This document shows positions 13,173 through 24,938 of a DNA stretch of 64,000 nucleotides, in pieces. Numbering within the stretch: the stretch's first letter is position 1; each line of letters starts with the position of its first letter. The notes under the pieces are model-generated. The model made no database searches and was not told the origin of the DNA. It saw nothing but the letters and a program-made list of their open reading frames with translations. The stretch is taken from the NCBI GenBank assembly GCA_030704615.1, contig CM060732.1, forward strand, positions 81,840,001 to 81,904,000. The letters run 5' to 3'. Source of the stretch: Takakia lepidozioides. Lineage: Eukaryota; Plantae; Bryophyta. The translations under genes were made by a program, and so were the position numbers.

Positions 13173-13281
13173 TTAATAACATTTCCCCTGTTTCTCATAA
13201 AGGAAAAGAAAAAGAAAAAGAAAAACATTTATGTGTGCAACTTCCTTAAACCAACCCTGTCACCAGTGGTGACACATTTAA

Positions 13282-14055
13282 CCCTCAAGTTCCCAAGCGA
13301 CCTGAATGGGGTCACTTTGAATTTGCAATTCGACCTAATTTTTGCAGATCTCCTTTGATGGGGCCCACTCCTGAAGCTTTAATGACAAGGGATTTTGTCT
13401 CGAGTATGATGCAAAAAACAAAATTTAAAAAAAACAAAAAGCTACCACCTACAAAAAATATCTTAGATCTCATTTACGTGAAAAGGGCTTTTGACCGCTG
13501 ACGTGGGAGGTAAACAAGCCCAAAACAGATTGCACTCCGAAGGCCATTTTTGGCAGAAAAATAGCAATTTTGGAAAAAGCGCTTCACCTTGTGGTGTGTG
13601 AGCATTACATACACACATCCACCATTGGCTTTTAAAAAATTTGTAGAAATAAAGTACCTCATTTGGAGGCACATTTTCTCTTGAGGAAGATGAGGGGGTC
13701 CAAAAAAAGAAGGGAGGAGTGGGCCAAATTTAGAATAGGGAGTCGTAGCCACTCCACTATTGTGGGTCTGGGGGCAAGCAAAATTAGATAAAGCCAGGTA
13801 TTGATTTGGTCAAACCTATTTCTTTCTCACTTTTTCTTTGGGACCTGATATTTGAGGTCCGGGCCAACGCTATAATCTCACAATTTCCACGGTGGACTTG
13901 GCTCATTTTTTGGTATGTCATGCATAAATGAGCTGGGCCCATTGCTATAAGGCTGGAATCTCCGGATAATTCTGGGTAGGTTTCTAGGGGCAATTTACTG
14001 CAGCTGGGTACCCAAAATTGGTAAAAAGTCAAAAAATGGCTTGGGAACTTAAGGG
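13282..14055. mobile_element. Non-autonomous piggyBac-type MITE (774 bp)
   Basis: TTAA at 13278-13281 and 14056-14059; 17-bp TIRs CCCTCAAGTTCCCAAGC / GCTTGGGAACTTAAGGG (1 mismatch); no coding capacity. Confidence 0.85.
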
Positions 14056-15616
14056 TTAAGGATAGCATAGAGAGGGAAAATTTAGACCAGAATATATATG
14101 TATATATATATATCATGAGCTAGCGTTTATTTATTTACTTAATATTATTATTGTTATTGCTAGCATTACAGAAGTTGTCTAGACTGATTGGAAATTTGCT
14201 AGTTAACCTCATTGAAACAATGCCAAACTATGTCCCTCTTGAAAATGTTGTCTCCTAAGGGGGCCTCTTGTAGAGGAAAATGAACCCATATTCAGAATTA
14301 TGTATACTTACCTACTCATGAATGTGGCTGCATGATCAAAAGCCGAACTCAAAAGACTTCACAAATAGTGTGTTGTGTGAAAAATAGATAGATAGATAGA
14401 TAGATAGTATCATTCAATATCCAAGGTCGATCACTAGTAAATAAATAACAAATAACATCTACCTTTGCAAGGAAGAATCACATATATAGCAAAAATAATC
14501 ATTCAAAAGATTGTGAGTGAATCTCCAATGCAGATGAGGACGAATAGTAGCAAAGGAAAAGCACCTGCAAAGGCATCCAGCCAATGCCAACAACAACAAC
14601 ATCATGTGGGGACCATAGAAGCATCCAATATATATGACGCCAGCTGGAACTAACGTAAATAAGAGCCAAAGCATCCAACGTATGACTCGTCTTGGTCATA
14701 GGTTAACTTTCAATCAGCCATGACTAGCTGCGGGTAACTCTGATCTAGATGGACAACATTATATAGCATTTCAATGCTTAGAACACACTGCCAGACAAAT
14801 AATTGTTAAATTTTGTAGTGTTTATTATTTTATTTTTATTTTTATTTATTTATTTCCATTATTATTCTCAGAAGGTCCAGGAAAAAATAAATCCACTCGT
14901 TTTAGGCCAAAAATAAGTGGATATGGCTTGCCCAGCCACTAACTCTTATGCCGCATTCACATGTTCCAAAACATCATGGTTAGATGCAGTTATGTGGCCA
15001 TTTTGTACTTAAAACAGATAATAGATCGAGTAGATGGACACACGCCTCTCATTTTGGATTAATAAGAGCATGACCAGCAAGGGGGTTTTTTTTACGCTCT
15101 ATCTTCAATATAGCGTGGCCCCCAATTTTGGATGGGATTGAGCGTCCCCATCAGCAGATTCATGCACTTCAAAATAGTGACTCTCACCAAATTTCGTCCC
15201 ACTTCCACACTATCTACCCGGACGCTTGGAGTGTGGCATTCTCGAGCACTATCACAAGATCAGCCTCACATGTATTGGCAGGTGGCGGGCCCACGGTCAA
15301 CGATATGCATCTTAGCCTCACGCCATTACTCTACTATGGATATGATGGCTTGCTGTTGGGGCTCCTAGCCAATCCACATACTATCTACCTTGCATGCCTC
15401 ACCATATGCCGCGCTAAAATAGTGATAGATGGTCTAAGGTCTTCAATATTGCGAACACCCTTGTGGGAGGCCCCGGGGTTGCCAATTGGCAAGTGCCCGT
15501 TATTCAATGTTAAATATGTAAATAAGTTAAGGATAAGTTAACTTAGTGTACTGACGTAAGATATGAAGAGACTACTTGAACTTGAATAGTCATAGGTAGA
15601 GGTTGTTAAGTAGTTG

Positions 15617-15620
<4 letters not shown>

Positions 15621-15677
<57 letters not shown>

Positions 15678-15735
15678 CTCCCGCAACTAAGAGTCACTTC
15701 ACTTGCGGCTACTGCCCCCTTTCGGGGGTGGGCCC
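15621..15735 (-). mobile_element. Short retroposed 3'-end fragment (non-LTR/SINE-like) with (TC)n tail
   Basis: Flanked by the 10-bp direct repeat TAGTTGATAA (15611-15620, 15736-15745); ~60 nt of structured sequence plus a (GA)27 tract at 15621-15674. Confidence 0.6.
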
Positions 15736-16317
15736 TAGTTGATAAATCCTTTCACAAGAGGTATGCATCTTGGAAAGAAGCTACGCATGCTCACGTTTTG
15801 CACATAATGTTAAAGTGAAGTGAAATGTTTGCAGAAGAGCGGACAAATGCTACACTTGACACAAGATATGGTGGACTCGGAAGTGCCCAAAACAGATAAA
15901 CGCATAACTTCGAAGTGCAAACCAACCAATGCAAAACTTGGAAGTGGTCAAAATTATGCTCGCTTAAACCAAGCAAAAGTCAAAGCAAGCCAATGCAAAA
16001 TTTGGAAGTGTCAGAATTATGCTTGTTTTGAAGCAAACATAATTCAGACCACACAAATGCAAGAGACCAAAATATTGTAATCTACAAAGCAAGCATAATT
16101 CTCAAAAGACATATGATGGACTTGGAAGAAATGTTTCCTAAAAACCCAAAGTTATAACTCACATCTGTAGACAAGAAACACAACACATGTAAGGACTGTG
16201 GGACATGAAGTATACTATCCCACTGCCTTGAAAACGGGACATGAACGGATTCATAGACTGGGTGAGCTGTCCCGCTGCAAAAGTCTAACCACCTCACAAT
16301 AACCACAAGCTTAACCA

Positions 16318-17115
16318 CAAGCTTGATTCCCAACATGTTTCCCTGCACAAATAGGGAAGTTTGCTAGGGCTCTATTTTTTTTATTTTTTTTAAAACAAAT
16401 TTGTATGTGCCAAAAGGGGCTGGGATTAAGCTTGCGTCAACGCAAACGTGATTCCCAGCCTCTTTCCCTGCACGAAAAGGCAAGTTCGTAAGGGCTCACT
16501 TTTTTTTTTTTAATTTAATTAATTCACATGTGCTAACAGGGGCTGGAATTAAGTTTGCGTCAACACAAGCTTGATTCCCAGCCTCTTTCCCTGCACGAAC
16601 AGGGCAGTTCGTACGGGCTCAGGTTTTTTTTATTTTTTTATTTTTATTTTAAATTCCCATGTGCCAACAGGGACTAGGATTAAGCTTGCTTCAACGCAAG
16701 CTCGATTCCCAGCCTCTTTCCCTGCACGTACAGGGCAGTATGTAAGGGCTGATCAGTATTTTTGTTTTTTATTTTTTAAATTCCCATGTGGCAACAGGGG
16801 CTAGGATTAAGCTTGCGTCAACACAAGCTTGATTCCCAGCCTCTTTCCATGCATGAACAGGTCAGTTTGTATCAACGCAAGCTTGATTCCCAACCCCTGT
16901 TGGCACACGGGAATTCCAAAAAAAAAAAAAAAAAAAAAAAAAACTGAGCTTGATTCTCAGTCTGTTTCCCTGCACGAGCAGGGCAGTTCGCTAGGGCTCA
17001 GTTTTTTTTTTTTTTTTTTTGAATTCCCATGTGCCAACAGGGGCTGGGATGAAGCTTGCGTCAACACAAGCTTGATTCCCTGCCTGTATCACTGCACGAA
17101 CATGGAAGATTCCTA
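16318..17115. repeat. Tandem array of ~120-130 bp hairpin-rich units separated by poly-T tracts (about 6 units, one part-unit inverted)
   Basis: Repeated core GGGGCTGGGATTAAGCTTGCGTCAACGCAAGCTTGATTCCCAGCCTCTTTCCCTGCACGAACAGGGCAGTTCGT.AGGGCTCA followed by T-runs; reverse-complement segment at ~16885-16950. Confidence 0.9.
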
Positions 17116-17505
17116 GCTGGACCTCTGTTTTCCTTTCTCGAATTCCTGTTTGCCAACCACAAGATTAGCCTCCTCACTGTAACCACCTCACATCGCAACT
17201 GGAAGAGATGAGGTGAAGATTACATCGCGAGATTAGAGATTTGCTCTAACATGAATGAAAATAATCTTTCATTCATTTCTGGATGAGAGGTAGGGGAGGA
17301 TGGACTTCATTTGGCATTTCGCATTTTCGTGCAAATCCAGGATGTTCATCAATCATGCTATGGTTGGGAGGATCCTCTGAATATAAAATTTTAATGTTCA
17401 TGCTATGCAAAAGTATTGTCTATTTTCTCTCTAATTTTTTACACTGAGAGCTTTGTGAGTGCTAAGAGACGATCAAGTGTTTGTCGCTAGCACTCAAATT
17501 TACCT

Positions 17506-18584
17506 ATGGCTTCTACTGGGCACTTGATAGATTCGATGATAGAAACTTTCAAACCTGGTCTACTCACATAGAGATGTTTCTCCATTGAGAAGATCAACAG
17601 TGGGCCGATCATGTTGATGGATCCACAGTTAGACCAATCACTTCAACGAATTAGTCTGACTGGGACATTAAAGATTGTAAGACAAGAGCTAATATATTGT
17701 AGTGTATGAAGGACATTGATCAATTAGTATACTTTAAATCCTTGAAAACCTCCAAAGAAATTTGGGACCTACTTCAAACTCGATTTCAGTCAACCAACGC
17801 TGTCAATAAAAATCATCGGGGTATTCCCCTAGTGCCTTGAAGATAATTCGGGTAGTTCTAGGATCCTATCATCTATGAGGGTTCTTATTTCTACGGATTT
17901 GATGGCTTCAGTTATTCTCTAGATGAGCTCATCACAGCGGGTGGGCAAGTGTCCGACACTGATGCTGTTGGAGCACTATTGGGCACTATGCCTCAGTCCT
18001 ATGCAAGCCTTGTTATGTCACAAATAGGCCGAGTCGGTACCCTCCATAAGACCTTAAATCTTTTGTTGGAGGAAGAAACTAGAAGGACCGCAGATTCGTA
18101 CAGAGGGGACAGAGAGAACTCAGCTTTGTATAGTGGGAAGAGAGGCCCAAATCCCACCAGATTTAAGAGGCCTACCACCTTTCACTCTCAAAGCACTAAC
18201 TGGAGAGGAAGTAATATCAATTTGAGCATTGGTCCAAACAAATCCTTGGGCAAATTGTTTTTATTGCAAAGTTCCCAGACCTCAAATTGAATGTCGCAAG
18301 CGTATTGCCGATGAAAGAAATGAAACTCAAGCACAAAATTGTGCTTCTAACGGATGGAGATCACACCATGCTTCACACAAAGCAAGGTTGTTTGTGGCTT
18401 CAATGTCCACATCAGATTTAATTGATCATGAATTTAGTTGGGTAGGAGACACTATGGCTACTCACCATATAACTAGTAATAAAGAGTGGTTTCAGAATAC
18501 AAACTTGACGCTTATGTATATTTAGGAGATGATATGCGCCATAGAATCAATGGCAGCGTGATAGTTGCAATCAAACGGCGCACA
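17506..18584 (+). pseudogene. Ty1/copia gag-protease remnant, truncated on the right
   Basis: FDDRNFQTWSTHIEMFL (gag N-terminus), LLGTMPQSYASLV...LLEEETRR (UBN2-type gag), degenerate zinc knuckle CFYCK, protease-like WVGDTMATHHITSNKEWF and VYLGDD. Stops and frameshifts; no LTR or PBS recognised. Confidence 0.82.
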
Positions 18585-21500
18585 CTAGAAAAGGCTCGGG
18601 AGTTTAATGCGAGCCCTTCAGTCTTGCCTACCTGGCACCCCCCCTCCGGCTCGCGGCCGCGGCCGCGGCCCGCCCCCCGCCCCCCATCTGTCACCCCATG
18701 CATCACATGAGTCGCATGATCCATGTGTTGCAACCATCCCATGATGACGGACGGCCTCCCATAACATGATGTGACACATAGCCATTGCAGGCCATAGGTG
18801 ATCGCAATCATCATGTTGGCGTGCTTTTCGCGTCTTGTCCGCACGCACATGGCGTCGCTGACGTTTCGATGCGGCCCCTTGCCTGTCACCACCCACGTCA
18901 ATTCTTGAGTGTTGAGATTCATGGCAGCCTCAGGACATCTTCTCCAAGCTCAATGGCGTCTGATGGGGCGAGATTATATGATCCCGGTGGAAGCGGTATT
19001 GCATGCACTCTCTTGCATATGAATTGGCTTGCATGTGTTACAAATTGTTCAGTGAGCTCTGGCGATGAAGCGATTACTCATTGGAGGTCACTTTAGGGTT
19101 ACTTCTTTTGTAATTTTGTAGTCATTCACTTCATTTGCAGCTATTCTCTTGCCCTTGCCTTTTTTTGTCATGAACAGAAATGGAGTCGTTTAGAGTTCGT
19201 GTGCGTGCAGTCCTGTTTTAGTGTCAGTTGTTGCTTTCACATTCCAGCAACCTCCGAGTGTAGCTGGTCGATTCGCAGAAACGAGTTGTAGGAGGATTTG
19301 CAGTGAAGGCCGAGATGGTGAAACAATCCAGCATGCGCGAAGCGTGCAAAATGTACAATGAGGTGTACGACTCGGACAAGTGGGAATCGCTGATATGCGA
19401 GGCTCACTCTGAGGCAAGGCTTGAAGAGGAAGCCATTTAGATGTATTCATTGTCGTAAAAAATTTAAAAGATAAGAAGAAAGTTAACATTCATAGGATAA
19501 ATGGCTGTGATGCAGCTGTGGGAAAGGGTGGTCCTAATCTGAAAATGTACCATGTGTTTGAGCCGGGCCAGAGGCACATCATGGAGGGTGTTCTTTGTAA
19601 GCATGGGCTGAAGCGTCCTGGAAAAGGGATGAAGACGAGGGTAGAGGGTGACGACAGTATTATGGAAGAGGCTACACGAGATGGGAAGCGCAGGAAGCAG
19701 TTGAGTCTACAGAAGGAGACAGGGAATGATTCTGAGGATGACGATATCTCCATCTTGGACACACCTCCTCTCATGCCACAGGTAACTGTTACCACTCAAC
19801 GCATTGGCAACTCTACTTTGGACGGACCTCTTGTTGTGCCACATGCACCTGTTACCACTCAACGCATTGGCAGCTCTACTTTGAACGGACCTGCTGCTGT
19901 GCCACATGACACCGTGAAAGCAAAATGCATTATGAAGACTACATTGGACGGACTTGCTGCTGTGCCACAGGAAAGTCGCCGACCTAAAGAGCACATTGTG
20001 AAGGAGGTACATGTTGCATCTTTTAAGTAGAGAAGAGGCCATAGATGGCTTTGTGAAGGCGTCCTTGCTGCTGACCTCAGATATTGTCGTGCCTCCGAAA
20101 CCCGCACCTGTTCCATGCCCAAAACTCACCTATCTAATGAAGTACAGCTTGCTGCCCGAGGGATTCCCTTCTCCGGATGATGCTTCTTTCCCGGACCGCC
20201 TTGTTGCACTTATTGGGAAATTTGAGTTTTTAGACCAAATGATAGGCACTGCCTTTGGTCAATGGTGGCTTAAGGCACGGGTACGTACACCTTCTTTCTG
20301 GCCTGCACCTTCTTTTACATGTTCCCTTCCTTCATGATGCATGTCTCTACAATTTGTTTGAAGTTCCGAGCTGTAGTAAGTTTACTATGACTGCTGAAAT
20401 GAACCTTGCATCTCCAATGGGGGGGGAGCAAATCCATGCATCTCCAGATGAGAAGGCAGTTGTTGAAAAAGTGGTGGAGTTATTCGGGGGCCGTCCTGGA
20501 GCATGTCATGAGCATATTGCTCAGTTGAATGAATGCCAATGTGTGTTTGCACATCACAACTATACCAAGGCATTGCTGGATTGTGAACTCAAATTGGTTG
20601 CAGCTCAGTCTCAGTTGGAGGCTCGTAGAAGGCTGTTCGTGGATGAGAACATTGCAAAATGGGATAGAGAGCAATATGACGTCAAACAGGAGGGAATCTG
20701 GGGTTGGTCCCCTCTGTACCAAATTATTACAGAAGGTGAGATCCCTGAGGTGTTGCCCATTATGTTTACACATGAAGAGGACGAAGCTGAGAGGTTGATG
20801 GTCAATCTGGTCTTGGCTCGGAAAAATGCTCCACCTCCAAAGGTGCCGCTGTTCATACGGGTATTACATCAGATTTGGATGTGTCAAGTTCACAAGAGAT
20901 CACCTCTTTCTATTGCCCGAAACCAGGTTTTGGAAAGCCTGCAACACCATCTTCTGAATACGCAGGATGGTCATGGTGCCCTCAGAAATGCCAGTGACAA
21001 CTTCCTCAAGGTTGGATATTTTTTGTACAGTGCCATGCCCCCATATGAGGAAGCCCGGACTGTGGTGCAGGGGGCGGTTGCAGCCCTTGTGGGTGTGAGC
21101 AGTGAGGACTGCGATCGAGTAGTTCATGAATTAGAAGAGTTCATGCGTGAGGTCCGCTGCAGAGCTGTGCGTGACCTCGCTATACTTAATCCGAGTGCCT
21201 TCAAGATGTTGTGGTGTGGGAGTGCAGAAAGTGAGGGTGCAGGGGCCAAGAAAAAATCCGTGCAGGACTTCATTCATATTCTGGGACATCGGGAGGAAGT
21301 CAACATGGGATGGCTTCCTTGCCCACCAGGTCTGTATTGGCCTTACATTTTGCTCCGATATGCATATTAGATTGTCCTACTTAGTAACAATGTTAGTGTG
21401 CTCGTTTTCACTTGTTTGCAAATGTCACTATAACATATACTGAATGCATTCATACTTCTACAGGTTCTTTTGATTACGGGGAATCCAGCATACATGAGAA

Positions 21501-23309
21501 AATTGCTGCAGCCCGGCAAAGCCTGCATGATGTCCACATTGAGAGGCATGCAAGGGATGAGGCGCGTTTCTCCAAACCTCCACATGAAGAGCGAAATTTG
21601 GGTATCCTCGAACGTCAGTCACAAGACGCACGAGGTCCACCTCCCAACAACACGAACTTGGGGGCACTCATCCTCGCTACTGATATGGCATGCTCAGGCA
21701 TCCTTTCTGAAGCCAGGTCAATTATGCTGGTGGAAAATGTGTTGCAGGATCCTCTCCTCCCTCAGCCCGAACACAACGCTAATCCTGAACAACCATGTGA
21801 CGACATACACTGCCCAGAACCAGGTCCCATGGCTCAACTTGAAATGCAACTAAACGTCAGTCAGGTATTTCCTGACTTGTCTGGATCGCCTCCCCCTGTG
21901 GCGTCTTTTACTTCTGAACAAACCCTCTTTCACATGAGTAACTTCAACAGTCCTCCACCCCTAAGTACGCGATATCCGACTGATGAAGATGTCATTGTAC
22001 ATGCAGTAAAAAATGTCGAATCTTCCGTAACCCCAGCTAATTCACTGGTTAACCATGGGACAGAGCTCCCACCCCCAATGCGATGGTTTTGGCAGTGCCT
22101 TCGCTCTTGCGTCCTTACCAGCTCATATTTGCTGGTGCTCATACTCCTCACAGTACAGAGGCTACTACACGATTTCATGGTGATGTAGACGGCAGCGTGT
22201 GGGCATTGGATAAAAATGCAATCACCGTCACTGTTGCCAAACCCACTGCCATCCATACCACTGCTGCTGCCAAGGCAAAGGATGCGCTTCCCCCACCAGC
22301 CCTTGCATGCCAGCGCAAGAAAACCATGTCTAGGTAACCAGTACCATTCTGGTTTTATTACTTTGAAAGGTCTTCCCTCTCCCGATTTCATGTGCTGCAT
22401 GTACGTTCTTTAGTATGCATTCACACATTGTGCTCCTGGATGTGCAGGATACATGATGGCCTCAAAAACGTATTGTGAGTTCAAAGCCCATGCACCCTTA
22501 TTTTCTGAATGATATGGTATACCTTCAATCCTTAGTTTACAAGTCCCCATTATGTGCATAATTATGTGGCCTCATTTTCACATCACATTCTCTGTGCCTT
22601 TTTTGCAGGCTCCGCTATGGTGCACTCGTTGAAAAAACCACTGTCATATGGTTTTTGAAGGGCTCGGGTGTCCCAGTGGTGCCTCTTAGACTAGAAGATG
22701 CAGATGACTTGCAATCTAGAAGAGGATGGATAAGTGATCGTCTCATGGACTTCTGGGTGTCAGCTAAACTGCTTTCTATTCCTGAAGATGTGTGCAATAA
22801 AATTTGTGTGTTAGATAGCTTTACATGGATTTGCCTTCGTTATTACCCAAGGGTTTCCATTATCATTGTGCCAAGTATGGCAATGGAGTGGAGTCTGTAC
22901 GGACTTGGATGCAAAGAAGGTTCCCCAACCTAAGTTCTGAGGGTGTTGAAGCCGTTATTGTGCCAATTGTGTTCAAGTGAGTTTCCTGTGTAGCCATTAC
23001 CCCTTCTGCTGAATGTGCCTTGCAATTGCACTCTTGCATACAGAACTGGACTAACCTGCTCGTGTTTCCCTGTTCTGCAGCTTTCATTGGAGTGTGGTGA
23101 TTTTGGAACGGACTCGCTACATTCACTTGAATAACATGAAAACCACACACAAGCACCGGTATTTGAAGCCATTTTTTGCTATGTTCTGGACCATGCTCAG
23201 AGGAATCTCTCGTGACACCCCGGAGTGGAAGGATGGTACTGATGCGAAGCGGTGGACATGCCCGACTGTTCCACAGCAGGCCAACTTATTCGAGTGTGGT
23301 TTGTTTGCG

Positions 23310-24034
23310 TGTCGCGCACCTCACTTCGGTAAGCTCCCCTTCAAGTCATAGTTACTCGCTTTGATGCGCGCGCCTGACTCCCAACCCGACCGCCCGGGCC
23401 AACTTGGAGCTTCGGCTGCTCACCGGGACATAACGGTCCCCCCTTCACTACCCTCTCGAACCCTCCACCTATTTGGACTAGGAGAATTCCCTTTGGTAGA
23501 TGGCAGTCCGGAACAGCTCCCCACTCTTTGGTCGCTTTCCGGCCTCGCTTACTTACTCACTAGTTTTTGGTCACCAACGGGCTTGCACCGTTCTCGGGGT
23601 TACTACTCCCTATATATACTTCTGTAGCTGTCCGCGGGGGTTTCACAACCAGCCATGCCATTTTATGGCGAACCACCACGAAGACCCTCGATTCCCGATG
23701 GTGAGTCGCGGTGAGTCTTGGCCCGCTCACCACGGCCCCTATGGACCGTGATGAGTCCCAAGACTCCCCACGACTCCCACCACGAGGTCTCCGCCCCCAT
23801 GGTGAGTCCTATGCCACCCCCCTAAGTCCACTAAGCTACCACCACCCCTTGTGGAGCCACCCCCACCGCAACCCGGTGTGCGGGGCTCCACCTAGTGAGC
23901 GCCTCCGCTTCCTGAGTGCCTTGGGCACTCAAGGGTGCTTCAGCCCCCCATACCTATCGCTGTCGTTGCCCCCACCACAGGGGCAGCCCCTCATGTGTCC
24001 CGACCCCCTGCCCTCAAGGCAAAGGGCCGCGACA
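23310..24034 (-). repeat. 3' LTR of gypsy copy 1
   Basis: 725 bp, TGTCGCG termini, homologous to 29553-30278, 44221-44947 and 60536-61258. Confidence 0.95.
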
Positions 24035-24938
24035 CACACCCCTACCAACAGGAGTCGATGTCCTCATCGACTTGTCCATTTTGTAGAAACGAACATCCAA
24101 GTTGTGGCGTCCCACATCAAGGAGTTTGTTTCTGTACCATGGCGTCCCATGGCAAAGAACCAAACCCCACACTTGACTCCACTCTCCACTAGCTAGTTCG
24201 GCCGACTTCCTCCAAGTCCTGGCCAAGGGTGGAGCCTCTCCAGCTCCTCCCAGTGCACTCTTCTTGGCTACTTCAAGGCCAAGGAACGATCCTCCCCGAG
24301 GATCGAATCGCCTTACTGCAACAACATTGCTTGCGATCGCTCATGATGCCGCTTTTGGCATCACCTTGAGCAAGGGTTCACCTGGAACCCTCTTTGACTA
24401 GGAAGATAACCTTGAACCAACCGTGCGCCCCAATCACTACAATTGGGTCCGCCCTGGAATGCTGGCCTGAGGTACGGGAACACGCCGAAGCCGCACTACG
24501 ACTTCGTCCCGAGGCTACACGATTATAGTACGTGAACGGAAGCACGTAGCTTCCGCGTTAGCCCGCACTACAAGGCAACCCCCTCGGTAGCGCAGTTATA
24601 GTACGCGCACGCGCCAGGTGCGCACTAGCACGTGAACTCCCAAAGAAGGCGCAAGTTTCCTTGCCCCTTGGATGGGAGTCACCCGATTTCGGCACTGCGC
24701 AAACACACGATTAACCCAATTTACTTCTCCCACTTTTGTAAGCTAGCATGCATTCTACACACTAGCCAACCACACCATGCATCACCATTCCAAACACAAT
24801 AGGACGCACAATATTTGGAACCCATTTCCTTTATAACAAATTTTTTTACAATACAAGTTTTTGCAATCGGATTCCTGAGCTAGCTAAACCGGGCTAAGCA
24901 TGCATTTCCTCCCCCACGCTCCAAGGTTGATGTCCCCA

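Noticed and set aside
14091-14408. (TA)n and (GATA)n microsatellites
   Set aside because: Ordinary short simple repeats.
15081-15460. Possible degenerate MITE with GGG...CCC ends
   Set aside because: Inverted similarity is patchy and no TSD was found.
16318-17115. CRISPR-like appearance (palindromic repeats with spacers)
   Set aside because: Eukaryotic context, units over 100 bp, spacers are only T-runs, and no cas genes.
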